Source: Octopus vulgaris
Taxonomy: Eukaryota
DNA: 64,000 bases
Direction of reading: 5' to 3'
NCBI GenBank assembly: GCA_951406725.2
Contig: OX597828.1
Coordinates: 74,896,001-74,960,000 of the forward strand
Every line of letters starts with the position of its first letter. The stretch's first letter is position 1. The notes under the pieces were generated by a model. It was given only the letters and a program-made list of their open reading frames with translations, searched no databases and was not told the origin of the DNA. A program made the translations under genes and the position numbers. Below are positions 1 through 13,210 of the stretch, in pieces.

Positions 1-148
1 CCTGGAATCGATTTTTGTAATTTTTTCAAGACTTATACACGCCCTGATACTGTTGGTATCTACATATCAAATTTGAGCACAATCAGATGGACGATGCCCG
101 AAATCCTAGAAGACACACAGACAGACAAAACGGATTTTATATAAGAGA
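1..148 (-). mobile_element. 5' end of a non-autonomous Helitron-like element
   Basis: Minus strand begins A|TCTCTTATATAAAA followed by (CTGT)n, the same style as the element at 61677-62765. Confidence 0.5.
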
Positions 149-155
149 TTTGGAA

Positions 156-548
156 CAGTTCTACATTTGAGAGATGAGGAATTATGCACATTATTTACAT
201 TATTTACATTTGATGGATATTTGTCCTCATCTTGTTTGTTAAGGAAGGATAGGAAAAAACAAAAAATTAGATTTATAAGCCCTAAAATTCACTCCATAAT
301 TGCCCACAGGAATATGACGTAGTGTTTAAGAGTGCGGACTACTAATCCCAAGACTCCGAGTTCGATTCCAGGCAGTGGTCTAATAATAATAATAATAACA
401 GAAAAATACCTTAGGAATGAGAACTCAGGTTCGAAATTTCCCCAAGACACCTGAAGAAGGCTGGAGGGTATATCAGCCGAAACGTTGTGTTAACAACAAA
501 TAAGATGAGGACAAATATCCATCAAATGTAAATAATGTAAATAATATA
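156..548 (+). mobile_element. tRNA-promoter/hammerhead retroelement (Penelope-like non-autonomous), copy 1
   Basis: Inverted tail copy 156-242, A/B-box-like tRNA segment ~313-380 (GTTCGATTCC), (AAT)n, hammerhead 447-490, then tail to ~548. Confidence 0.7.
447..490 (+). ncRNA. Minimal type I hammerhead ribozyme
   Basis: ACAC-CTGAAGA-A-GGCTG(gagggtatat)CAGCC-GAAA-CG-TT-GTGT: stem I ACAC/GTGT, CUGANGA core, 5-bp stem II, GAAA, palindromic minimal stem III and a GUU cleavage triplet. Confidence 0.7.
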
Positions 549-729
549 TTCAGAACACTGTTTCAGAAAATTTGTTTCTTTTGAGAGCAAAATGTAAATT
601 TGCCTCTTCAGTTCTCCAGAATTATATTTGACAAAAAAGATTGATACACATCGATATCCATCTTTATTCATTAGAAAGATGAGAAATGCAACAACAACAA
701 AAAAAAATTAAAGATATCTAGGTCAAATG

Positions 730-889
730 CAGTGGTCCCTAACCTTTTCACTACCAAGGACTCCCTTTTATTTAAATGATATTTTTGCATGGACCCCAGG
801 ATACTGAAAGATCTGCCAGCTTAACATGTTCACCCCCCCCCCCCACCACCACCACCAGGGATTTGCAGACCACAGGTCGGGAACCACTG
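730..889. mobile_element. hAT-type MITE
   Basis: TIRs CAGTGGTCCCTAACC / GGTCGGGAACCACTG with a perfect 8-bp TSD GTCAAATG (722-729, 890-897). Confidence 0.8.
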
Positions 890-1417
890 GTCAAATGAAA
901 GAGGATCATAAGTAAAATGGTACATGATATGAAATTAGTGAAAACTCAAAAGAAAATCTTTTCTATAGCTTCGTCTTGACCTGCTGGAATGGCTCTCTTT
1001 GTGGTATATATATGTCCCATGCAGGTCAAGAGAAGGAATTATCAAAATTAGTCGTTACTCATTTTGCCCCATCGCAGACAATGTTTTTGAAGGTTGAAAA
1101 TGGTCAAATTAGACATTAGTGTTTGGTGGTGGTGGTGTGTGTGTGTGGGTGGGTGGGTGTTGGGATTGACTTGGAATCCAAGAGAGGAAAGAATTTTGGT
1201 CTGATTGTTAAACACCAAAAATTATCCAGATATTTCATTAGCAACCTCAATTAAAATCAGATCAAAGTCGAGGAGAAATTTGTTGGGGTGGGGTGGGGTG
1301 AGGGGCGGTAAATAAAATCCCCGTCCCCTGACTACGTTTCAAACTCTCTCTCAACTCTAACAACAACAACAACAATTATGCTGACCAATTTTTTACCCTC
1401 AAAGACGATGAAACAGT

Positions 1418-1687
1418 CATTAACGTGCTAGGGAGGGGCAGTAAAGGCGGTCCGTTGTGGGCAATGTGTTTTTTGTGGGGTCTAGAGGTTGCAAATGGAA
1501 GGGCTGCCCTGGGAGGTACTTTTGGGTCTGCTGTAGAGATTATGTGTTTTTTGTGGGATCCGGGGGGTGGCAAACGGTAGGGCCACCCCGGGCAGCACTC
1601 TGCTGTAGACATTGTGTTTTTTGTGGGGTCCTGGGATAGCAAACAGAAGGGCCATCCCGGGCGGCTCCCATTCTAGCTATGCTAGTG
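1418..1687. repeat. MITE-like element with three internal ~72-bp tandem units
   Basis: Units tgtgttttttgtggg...gcaaa...gggc..cccggg at ~1465, 1542 and 1612. Degenerate terminal IRs (cattaacgtgctag / ctagctatgctagtg). Confidence 0.5.
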
Positions 1688-2241
1688 GCAACAGTACAAA
1701 ATATTGATGTAATACTTGCAATGAAACGGTTTCAAAGAGGTAAGAAGAAAATATCCGTGTCCTATATGTGAAGTGGGGTCTATGGCACATGGCTGAATGC
1801 ACCAAAAACTGTCCTGAATAAGAACTGCTGATTGAAATTGTGGTGCGTCTACTGCCGTCAAGTACAACAGGTATGTAGGTTGGTAGGTAGGTAGAGAGGC
1901 GGGTGGATGGGTAGGTAGAAGCGGGTGGATGGTAAGTATATAAATGGGTGGGTAGATGGCTAAATAAATGGATGGATGGTATATGGCAAGTGAAGGGAGA
2001 GAGAGACAGGCAGACAGATGGTATGAATATGGTTTGGTATTTGGCCAAACTTCTTTCTTTAGTGTGTGTGTGTGTGGGGGGGGGGCACGAAGCCATAGCA
2101 GCACAAACTTAGTAAATCTTTTACTGAAGTTTCTGTCCAAAGGCTGGTGTGTGTGAGAGTGAGTGATTGTATGAGTGTGAGTGAGTGAATGTGAGTGACT
2201 GTGTTGAATGAGTGCTTTTAGCAGCTGGAATGCATATCTGT

Positions 2242-2272
<31 letters not shown>

Positions 2273-2629
2273 AGTGAGTGTGTGTGTGTGTTTAGCTCAG
2301 AAACCTGAACCAAAGATGATATAAATCAGTTATAAAAACGTAGTCTTTTACTTGCTTCAGTCACTAGACTGGGGCCATGCTGGGGCAATGTCTTGAAGAA
2401 TTTTTAGAATTGATTCCAGTACTTATTTCTTATTTAAGCCTCGTACTTATTTCAACTTCCGTCTTTTGCCAAACTGCTAAGTTACGGGGAAGTAAACAAA
2501 CCAACACCAGTTGTCAAGCAGTGGTGGAGAGGAACAAACACTGAGACACACACACACACACACACATGTATTGTTCTATTTCGGGATGGTCATTTTTCTC
2601 TGCTAAACCAACACATGCCCCATCTGCTC

Positions 2630-2918
2630 ATCCTTCACTTCTGCCTTAATGAAGGCAGAGGTATTGTTTTCAGTCGTATTTGTTTGTTTTTCCGTGGACA
2701 AAATATCTCAAGAACCGCTGGATGGATTCGGATGAAACTTTCAGGGATGTTTTGCCTCGTGACTGGCAGGAACTGATTAGATTTTGGGATCGATCCAATA
2801 CTGGACAAGGATTCTGGATTATTTTTCCTGTTTTTTTTGAGAGTGGTTGTGTTCACTTTTAGTATTCTCGTTTGTGAGAGAGCAGTCAAGTTTATTTCAA
2901 ATATCCTCATTTTAAAAA
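2630..2918 (+). mobile_element. Dispersed repeat (Helentron/HINE-like)
   Basis: Closely similar to 12240-12540 (gaggtattgttttcagtc...gaaccgctggatggattcggatgaaactttcaggg). Confidence 0.55.
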
Positions 2919-2920
2919 TC

Positions 2921-3515
2921 CTTTGTCTGCAAATCTTTCATCACACATCCTGTAACCACTTCAGTGACTCTCCATCCTAAGTGCCTCTGCCTCTGCCTAT
3001 TCTGTTTAGTTCATCCTCCGTGAATTCATGTGTTTAAACCGATATTGTTATATGTCAGGATAGTCATTTTATTTTTTTCTCCAAACAAACACACACAATA
3101 TACTCGTTCTTCATTTCAGCATTATTATTATTATTATTATTTTTATTTTAGCATCCTTTGTCAGGAAATCTTTCATTACACATCCTGTGACCACTTCAGT
3201 GACTCTCCATCCCAAGTGTCTCTTCCTGTTCTGTTTAATTCATTCTAAGTGAAATTGTATTGAAACAGATATTGTTATACCCCAGGATGCCCCCCCCCCC
3301 AATAAACATGCACTACATTTCAGCTTCATCAGTGTTGTCATTGTTCTTTTTTTTTCTTCGTCCCCCCCCCCACTTGATCTTGACCTCAGCTTTATTATTG
3401 TTCTTATTTTTGTGTCCTTTGTCTGGAAATCTTTCCTCCCACATCCTGTGACCTCTTCAGCAACCCTCCATCTCATGTGTCTCTTTCTGTTCTGTTTAGT
3501 CCATTCTCATCAGGA
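2921..3515 (+). repeat. Diverged tandem triplication (~240-260 bp period)
   Basis: tttgtctg.aaatctttc...acatcctgt.accacttcag at ~2921, ~3157 and ~3418. Confidence 0.7.
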
Positions 3516-4264
3516 ATCTTGCAAAACAAATACATAAATGGACACAGACACGATGGGCTTCTCCCAGTTTCCATCCACCAAATTCACTCACAAGGCTTTT
3601 ATTGGACCAAGGCCATAATAGACGACTCTTGGCCAATATTATACAGAAAGTACAACTTTAAGGTGGTGAGCTGGCAGAAATGTGAGCAAGCCAGGTGAAG
3701 AAACAACAACAACAACAGCAGCAGCAGTAGCTGCCACCGCTGCCACCACCACCACCACAAGGATCGAATGAGTTACAGACTGCATCGTACTCCAGTGACT
3801 GCTTTCACATGGTTCCTATGGCTGGATGTCCTTCCTAGTGCCGACCACTTTATAGAGTGGACTGGAGTGGGGGGCACCAGCACTACCTAGGTGACCATGC
3901 ATCTCGCAAGTCAACAAAACTCGTTACATGTGGATTCAGATTTGAAGGAAGAGGTCAAAGTTGAACAGGTTCTTGTAGAGGAGTTGCATGGCCATCCACA
4001 CTTAGGAGAGGGAGAGTGAGAATGAATTAGGGATACCTCGAAGGAGATAGTGATGATGAAGTGTTCATGTGGTACCCCAGGTAGCAGGAGCAGTGGTAGG
4101 GGCAGAGGACAAGGGGGTTTGCAAGAGTGTGAAGGAGAGATAGGGGAAGTGGGAGAGGGAAGTAGGCAATAATTGTATGGTTTGAGGGGAGGGGCTGCAC
4201 AAGCTGGGGAGGCTACAGGATACGAGCAATGTGATGGTAACAATACTGTCTACAGGGGTAGAAT

Positions 4265-4298
<34 letters not shown>

Positions 4299-5892
4299 CA
4301 TGTTTTGGTAGGCCAACTGATTGACGTGTAGAATAAGATTAATAAAAATGTGTTTAATATATTTTTAACCATTATCAGATCACTATAAACCATCTTTAGA
4401 TCCACATGTGCTAAAATTCCTAACAACAAGATCTGTGAATTTCTCAACTAAAAGCCTTCAAAAAGCTGAAAGTAAGCAGGCCACAGAAAAAGGAAGCGCA
4501 GAACAGAAAAAGGAAGCGCAGGCAGCAGGAAGAGTAAAACTTTTCAGCTTTTACTCCCAGGCAGCCCAAGTTCAATTCCCTAGCAGGGACTGCAACGTCT
4601 TTTCCAGTTTGAGAGGACATACAAAAAAGGGTTACACACACACAGCCTTAGCCTTCTCTATCATGTGGGGAAAAAAAACAAAACAAAAAGAAAAGCACAC
4701 TGAAATTACACATGCAAATAGGGTAGCAGTCGGTGTATGGTTGGCAAATACACCAAATAAATGCTTGTAAGCAGGTTTGGAACCTTGAGTCTTTGGACTG
4801 GATAATCTAGTCTGACACTTTAATCCACTTGGATCATTTACCATTGACAAAGCCTTATATGAGTAATAAAATAAAATTAAAAAAAGAAACACAAAATGCT
4901 TTGTAATGGATTTGAACTCAAGCACTCTGTATTAGCAGACCAATAGCATAACCACTCAACCATGTTATTTGAACCACTGTGGTAACTACAGTAGAAACGC
5001 AGGGTAATTATTGATCTGGTACATGATTAATAATTTACGGTAAAAAAAAAGGAATGGAACTCGTTAAAGACAAGTAGCCCGCGAGGAATAATAATTACAA
5101 GATATTTTAATTAGTGTTAATGGCTTTTAAGTCAAATTAAACATTTCATTTTGTCTGACGGTCATTATGGCAATTCAATTATAGATTGTAATCAGTATCC
5201 ATGGATATTAGACTGATGAAAAAAATAAATAATGAGAGATCAGAATAAAATGGGGGTGGGTGGGGGGGGGGTACTGCAGGTTAAATTGGGTCTCCGGTAC
5301 ATGATTGGTACTGGATCGATTGACCCCAGGAGGATAAAAGTCAGCTCTGGAAACAATGTAAATGGTTTCCTTAACTCAGTCACACATTTTAGAGGAAGAG
5401 CATAGTCAAAACTATATAAACCCCAATATATAACAGGTACTTAGACTCCCTGAAGGATGAAAAGTAAAAGTTGACCTTGGGAAGACTTGAACCAGAAAAA
5501 AAGATATAAGCTAAAACTACTACAAGGTGTTTCATTCCATCCATCTGTCTGTCTTCTCTTCCCACTGTTCCTGGAAAGGTCATGGGAGCAAAGTCCTCAG
5601 GTGCTTCCATCATAGGATCCTATCAGATGAGTCATCCTGTGAAGGACTGGTGTCCCATCCAGGTGGGGAATATATATGCCATCAAACCTGGAAACTGACC
5701 CTTATGAGTCGGCATGACTCCAAAAGGTACTTTTACCTTATCAGAAGCAACCATCATTACACCATCGCAGGTTCAATACCAGCTTGGTACCATCACAGTC
5801 TGCTAACACACATAGCTGGTATTTCATACACACCACCTGGTAATACCATCACAGTACCCTTATTACACAACAGCTGACTTCTCTAAAATGGG

Positions 5893-6226
5893 TAAAGACT
5901 CCCTTCGGTCATGAATGACCATGAGATTGCGCCTAGAATGTTCCTTTCTGAGGCGCAAGTCCGGGCAAGGTTGTTTATGGAAGACCAACAGTCGCCCATG
6001 CATGCCAGCCTCCCCTCTTCACTCCACCAATGTCATCCAAGGCAAAGGGGCCGATACAGTATGGCACCAGTGACATTGTAACTCATTTCTACGGCTGAGT
6101 GAACAGGAGCAATGTGGAATAAAGTGTCTTATTCAAGAACACAATACACAGCCTGGTCCGGGAATCGAACTCACTACCTCATGATTGTGAGCCTGATGCT
6201 CTAACCACTGAGCCATGCACCTTCAC
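5893..6226 (-). mobile_element. tRNA-derived SINE family A
   Basis: Reverse complement of the 21010-21350 copy. Confidence 0.85.
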
Positions 6227-6449
6227 TGACTTCTCTAACACCTGTTTATTTTCTCTTAGCTCCCCTGTGCCCCATCACACATTAACATTATTGATTTCTC
6301 TTCATCCTTGATACATCTTAAACATTCCATGCTAATGTGTCGCAAATGGGTAATATTGTACTCACTAAACACAAGCATCGTACGACCCATTTTCCATACA
6401 GAGAGAGAGAGAAACCCTTCAAAGAGGTAACAGCTCCCTTAAGGAAGGT

Positions 6450-6680
6450 GTATCTACAAAATACCAAGCTACAGCGTACACCAACCTGCCAACTAAATTC
6501 CTCTCTGAACTCATTCCTAACTCTCAATTTACTTACATCACAAGCTTTATTCATTTTTATTCACAAAATATTCATTATCTTAGCAACCACCAGACTCAGT
6601 AATCTTCCAAAACCCTTCTCCAGGTCAAAAAACGCTAACTGCAGTGGCCTGCTCTTGGCTGAGAACTTCTCTTATAGTTG
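6450..6680 (-). pseudogene. RTE-clade LINE reverse transcriptase relic
   Basis: Minus strand gives EKFSAKSRPLQLAFFDLEKGF...VWWLLR...VSKLRVRNEFREEFSWQVGV, resembling the RT segment AFVDLEKAFD...SKVRVGNEYSEEF.VEVGVHQG, with stops and frameshifts. Confidence 0.7.
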
Positions 6681-7211
6681 GTTCACTAAAAGAAGTTATT
6701 AGTGGTTCCTTATCCTGGTACAAATGAATGAATAAATTTCCTCCTGGATAAGATGCTAGTCTACAGCAGGCTAACTTCCCAGGAATGACTATAGTACTTA
6801 CCCCTCAGATTGGCCGGGATAAAAAGACCCTTTATTTAACGCTTCAGCATTCGGATTACTCTGCCAAATGTAATTTCTTATTCATTCACATTCTTTTCAA
6901 TTAATCATGAAGTAACTCATAGCTACAAAGCTTCAGTGATGTAATTGTTTAATTTTAGAATGACATTACCGGTTAGGTTGGATAAGCCAGATCTGGCCAG
7001 TTTATATGCTAAATGATGAATGACTTAGGACACACAGTAGCATCCATTTTCAGGGTTCTAAGCTTGGAAGAAGATAAAGGATCTAGTTGTAGTCAGAGCA
7101 GAGGCCTTCCAACAGAGTGGATTGTTGGAGCCTGCCAAAGATACCCTTGGTTCAGATGATAATGGCGTTAGACCAGTAATGATTTAAGTCCAGCACCCGA
7201 CAACAGAATCA

Positions 7212-7437
7212 GAAGGCAGCGAACTGGCAGAATCGTTAGCACACCGGGCAAAATGCTTCGCTGTATTTTGTCTGCCTTTACGTTCTGAGTTCAAATTCGA
7301 CTTTGCTTTTCATCTTTTCAGGGTCGATTAAATAAGTACCAGTTATGCACTGGAGTCGATGTAATCGACTTAATCCCTTTGTCTGTCCTTGTTTGTTCCC
7401 TCTGTGTTTAGCCCCTTGTGGGTAGTAAAGAAATAAG
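7212..7437 (+). mobile_element. tRNA-derived SINE family C
   Basis: Head ggcagcgaactggcagaatcgttagc, B-box-like gagttcaaattc and the family tail. Many other copies occur in the window. Confidence 0.85.
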
Positions 7438-8319
7438 AAACAATCTCCCACCAGGTTTTCCCCACACCCTGTCAGTTTTTGTCCACTGAATTTTCTTTAC
7501 AAGGTGAAGGCTGACTTGCGGTTAAAACAGAAGGCAATTACCCAAGGTTACCACACAGAGGGTTTTGAACCCAAAGCCATGCAGTTGTGAAGCAAACTTC
7601 TTAACCACACAGCCATGCATATTTGCCCTCCAGCTGGGCCAACAAAGATAACGGACACAAAATAATGCTGCACCTAGAAACACAAACAGCGACCTATAAA
7701 GTACAAACTTTTAATACAAAAGTTCCACAACTTTTCCATCCAATCATAAACTTTAATTCCTCTAAGTCTGTTTGGCTGTTATTTTTCCTATAGAATCTAG
7801 GGAGCGGGGACAAAAAGGGGTGATGGCAGTCTTATTGTAGAACTTTCTTTTAAAAAAATATATATAAACTAAAGGAAAACAAGCAATCGAAATGCATTTA
7901 AGACCCACCGTTGACAAATAAGATAGCAGTAAGAGGTTAAGTAAGTAAACTAGTGTAAAGCTAGTTTTAACTGACCTACTTATTTATCCAGACTTTTTGA
8001 GGTTGTTGTGGTGGTGGTGGGGGTTAGATTTTGGTTTTATAACCAGTCGTACAGGTGTTTGAATCCTGGCTACAGAACAAAGGTGTTTGGTTAATCCAGA
8101 AGAATACAACCCGGAGGACATAATAAGAGTTCTGAAGCCGAATTGCCACCGAGTGCAGACAGTCATAACCAAGAAGGATATCGGCAAACTTTGGGTAAGA
8201 TCTGCCCTGCAGGAATACAGAATATCTGGTTCCGTATCTAAGATAATAGCTGATCTCACACACACACACACACAGAGCCTTGAATGCTTCCAAAACAATC
8301 AACGCACTTTCATTTTTGA

Positions 8320-8710
8320 TCTTGTTTCAGTCATTAGACTGCGACCATGCTGGGGCACTGCCCTGAATAAATTGAACCCTATTTTGTTTTTTTTTTAGGC
8401 CTGTTACTTATTCCATTGGTCTCTTTTGCCAAACTGCTAAGTTAGGAGAATGTAAACACACCAACACCAGTTGCCAAGTGGTGGGGTTAGGGATTAAAGA
8501 CAGACAGACAGACACACAAACACACACACACATATATATGTACTTTATACAATGGGATTCTTTCAGTTTCCATTTACCAAATCCACTCAAGGCTTTGGTT
8601 GGCCCGAGGCTATAATAGAAGACACTTGTCCAAGGTGCCGTACAGTGAGATTGAACCTGGAACCATGTGGTTGGGAAGCAAGCTTCTTACCATAAAGACA
8701 TGCCTGCACT
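8320..8710 (-). mobile_element. SINE family B
   Basis: Reverse complement of the 13211-13590 copy. Confidence 0.8.
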
Positions 8711-10793
8711 TTCATCATTTTTTGTTAATGGTTTACTTAAAACACGAAGAATCACAGTCGTGATTCCCTTTTCTAGATCCCTCCCTCACACTCTGTGATT
8801 GGAAGGAAGAAATGAGGAAGTTATTCCCAGACCTGAGACCTTGGCGCCAGTGTTTGCTACAAAGTGGATCCTACTAAAGGCCCAGGTGGTGGTGGCAGGT
8901 GTCATGCTGTGACCCAAGCAAAACAGGAACGGTCATCCTGATGGACTTCCACCCAGGTCTTGTCTACCAAATTCCAATCTGAAGGTATCGGTTGACTAAA
9001 GGATTTACAGTGGAAGACACCTGGCCCAAGGTGGCACTTGAAGAGAGATTGAACCTGAGACCACATGGCTGTGGACTAAATCTCTAATTCACACAGCCAT
9101 GCCTGCACCTGATCACTGCTAATGGTGGTAATGATGATGATGATGATGATGATGATAGTAGTGACTGTGGAGGAGATTGATGGTGGTGGCAGAGAGGTTG
9201 ATGTTAGTGGTGGTGGGAGGGGGAATCGATGCTGGCAGTGGTGATGGTATTTACAATTGTGATGGTTGAATGAGAGACAACAACAACTGATGGTTATCCA
9301 TGGTACCCATGGCAACAATTATGGTCACTGACGATGACAATCACAATAATTGCTTACGGACTGTAATATTAAACCAATTGTTGTCATCACTGATGGCGAC
9401 AGTGGTGGTTATAATCCATACTTCAAAGCAAGTAAAAGTTGGATGACTTATTGATTGATTATAATCAATCGCACCTGAACACACCTTGCGCTGATTGCAA
9501 GCTTGACTGTGACATCCAGCTTAAAGAAGAAAAGGAAAACATCAAATGGACATTTAGAAATATGATCAGAGTAAAACATGAAGACACCCTCGACAATGCC
9601 ATGACCCCCACACCTCCACCAACACCACTGTGACACCTCAAAGAATCTATCTCAACCCATGGCTATGATGCTCCCTTACTATTTCCTGCCCATGATCAGA
9701 GATGCACATATTTTCAGCCACTGAGGGACATGTTCAAGTGGTCAAGGTCAAGCAAATGTATGGCATTGCACAGAATATTTGCTATAACATTATTTCAGCA
9801 CTGAATCCTGTCTGAAATGTAATGGAGAAATAGGTCAGTTTCAAAACATGGATGTCCAAGTCACAAAGGCAAAATCTGAAGAGAATAGAAGTGATTTCCT
9901 TTGATTTGCAAAGAGGAAATAACACTTACTGAGCAAATGTTATTAGCAATATTAAGTAAACATGTTTTTTATTTTATGATAGCTGGGATGGGCATGGCTG
10001 GCATTGTTCTACTTCACTCAGAGTTGGCTTTGGGTGAGACCTTTTGTTAATGTATTTCTTTTAAATTACACCACCATTGTTTTGATTTTTTGGGGTTTTT
10101 TTTTATAATAATCAAAAATTTTGTAAAACAACTTTGTTGTTGTTTTGCTGGTGTTTGAAGCCTGAAATTTTTCTGGAAGTTTTTAAATAAAATCCTTAAA
10201 GGAATCTAAATAAAAACCTTCTAGCAAAGAAGGGGTTTGTATCAGAGAATAAGGGGCAGTTTCACGTGAATAAGCATCAAAAGGGTTACTGATAAACATA
10301 CAGAAACAAGGATGTCTTTTACTATAGCCCCAGGATAACCAAAGTGTTGCCTGTGGATTTGAAAGATGGAAACTGAAAGAAGGCCATCGTATGTGTGTGT
10401 GTGTGTGCCTTTGTCCACCCACCCACACCACTTGACAACCAGTGTTGGTGTGTTGACGTCCCTCTAACTTAGCAGTTACCGGTACTTTATAAATTAGTAC
10501 TAAGATCAGTTGATTCAATTAAAAATTCTTCAAGGCAGTGCCCCAGCATGGCCACAGTCTAATGACAAACGAATAAAAGATATAAAAGACAAAACAGACT
10601 GGACAGTGGAGAGAGAGGACCTTTGCCCATACATTATGCAATGTGCTCCTTTAGTGGGGTGGGGACATATTAAAACTGCAACAGATCTGCAGATAACATT
10701 GTTCAGTCAAGACTGGATGTTCAACCATATGGAACAGGGCAGCTAGATCACAGCTGACTTCAACAACCTCATTAATGGTCAGAAGCAGGATAT

Positions 10794-11022
10794 TGACCCT
10801 TTTGTTATCCTTTTTCTGTTAAGATGCTCTGTGTTTCTTTCAATTAATTCTGAATATAATCAAGAATTTAGTAGAATAACTTAGTTATCAATAAGCTAGT
10901 GTTAGGAACATAAATTGTGACTAAGGTTTGGTGGAAGATTTTAATTCAGAACTTTTGAAAACAAGACATTTGTACTACAGAGCCAGAGGTGGTTTCAGCT
11001 GGGCTGGTAACAAAAGGGTTAC
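10794..11022. mobile_element. piggyBac-like MITE
   Basis: Termini ttgaCCCTTTTGTTA / TAACAAAAGGGttac. Related copies at ~42800-42922 and ~63574-63770. Confidence 0.55.
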
Positions 11023-12239
11023 ATCTCACAATGTAGTATTTATATATAAAGATATATTTTACAATGTTTTTTTTTCTTTGCCTTTCATCCATTCAAGGCT
11101 GATAAAATGGTGCCCCAGCATGGCCACAGCTCGTGAGCTGAAACCGGTTCAATTCAATTCAGTTAAGCACAGGAGTTGATATAATCAACCTAACACTTCC
11201 CTCGGAATTGCTGGCTTTGTGTCAAAATTCGAAATCATTTATTTTAATGTCATCATCATCAACACCATCACTATCACCAATGCCATTATTTAATATCCAT
11301 TTTCCGTGCTGGCATGGGTTGAAAATCTAAAAGCAGCTGATTAATTATCTAATTATCTAATTAGAAAACTAAGAATCTAAATTCCTAATAGCTTTGCTGT
11401 ATACATGTGTACATGTGTGTACACATTTGTGTTAGTGTGTGTGTGTGTGTGTTATGTTCTATACTGTCCTGGTTGACAGTTGCTAATAAATAAACTTACC
11501 AGGCGACACAACAGAGACAGCTGTTAATCCAGCCAAGCTTATTATATCAGAGAATCTTAATCTTCATTAATCTCATTTCTATAACAATAGCAGGGGGACA
11601 CAGAGGAAACGTTAAGGGTTAGATTTTAACTCATGCTCCCTATAATGGAAGAATATTATAGGCTGTCTTGCTCCCTCCCTCTCTTCTTCCTCAACCTCAT
11701 CTGACCAAACCTTCCACCCATGAGCATCTCCTCTTTTCAGATCTTGATCTGCATGCGGACATGCATACAAAATCAAAAGAACAACACAGCACCCATGACC
11801 TTTGCAAACATTCTTTTCATGCTCAGAATTGCTGAAGCATAGAATAAACAACCCACATCAGTTGTCAGGACATCCTTCAAAGCTTCTTGAAATTCACCAA
11901 CAGCATAACTCATGTCCTGTTCCCTTCCTGTGCATTATTTTATGCTTCATGCACTTTCAGCTACTTTTTCTGATGAATTGTTGTGCACCCAAGCATATAA
12001 TAAGTTCATCATCGTTGGCAGAATCATTAGAACAGGCAAAATGCTCACAGCATTTCATCTGACTTTACATTCTGAGTTCAAATTCCACAGAGGTTGATTT
12101 TGCCCTTCATCCTTTCGGGTCAATAAAATAAGTGCCACTCGAGTGCTGAGGTTGATTTAATTGACTTAACTTTTCCCACCAAACTTGCTGGCCTTGTGCC
12201 AAAATCTGAAACCATTATTATTATCATTATTGTTATTAA

Positions 12240-12540
12240 CTTCACTTTAGTGGAAACAGAGGTATTATTTTCAGTCATGTTTGTTTGTTTGTCCATGGAC
12301 AAGATATCTCGAGAACCACTGGATGGATTCAGATGAAACTTTCAGGGTTGTTTGGCCTCATGACTAGCACTAACTGATTAGATTTTGGGATCAATCTGGT
12401 ACTAGACAAGGATTCTGGATTATTTGTCAAATTTACTTAATTTAATTATTAAGAGCAGTCGGGTTCATTTTCAGTATTCTCGTTTGTGAGAGCAGTCAAG
12501 TTTATTTCAGATATTCTCATTTTAAAAATCATCTCTGGTT
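12240..12540 (+). mobile_element. Dispersed repeat (Helentron/HINE-like), second copy
   Basis: Matches 2630-2918. Confidence 0.55.
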
Positions 12541-13210
12541 AATTGCTGAGAGGACATCAGTTTCTACCAGATTTAATAAAGGAACAAATTTTACAGGTGA
12601 ACAACAGTGTATCATGTTACTCTGCACACCAGGAGATACCTGTTCTTCTTTTATATGCAGACGTGACCACATCCTAGTAGGATTTCCTCCTTCATATCCT
12701 GCTTTTGCTTCCTCCTTGCTTTAAGTTACACAAATAGAAGCTTTGGAATAATAAAGGTATTGTTTACCTTCAGGTCAGACCTGATCATGCAGGTCTGTGA
12801 TCAAAAATTCCTCACTCATGACTCCCTGTCTCTTATCCAGGGCCACTCCCATATTCAATCCCAGTCCTCACTCAGTAGACCCACAACCAAGAGCATTCTT
12901 GCTGTGACCATCCTGTTTTTTGTTCAGCATATCTTTTATCTTTTACATGTTTCAGTCATCAGACTGTGGCCATACTGGGGCACCACCTTGAAGAATTATC
13001 AGTTAAATGAATCAACTCCACTACTATTGTTTTTGATTTTATTAGTCTCTTTTACCAAACCGCTAAGTTGTGGGGGCATCAGACAAGTGATATTTTCAAA
13101 TCATTTCATACATGTCTTTCAGGTTTGTGTAATATACAACAGGAAGTGCATCCATTACAGTCAAAGCATTTTGAAAACATGAAAAAAAATAGATGGGAAA
13201 ATTTCATTAT

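Noticed and set aside
1465-1665. CRISPR-like spaced repeats
   Set aside because: The units are whole diverged tandem copies with no unique spacers, in eukaryotic context with no cas genes.
3308-3337. CTGATGA-agct-GAAA hammerhead-like motif on the minus strand
   Set aside because: No stem II, and stem I does not pair.
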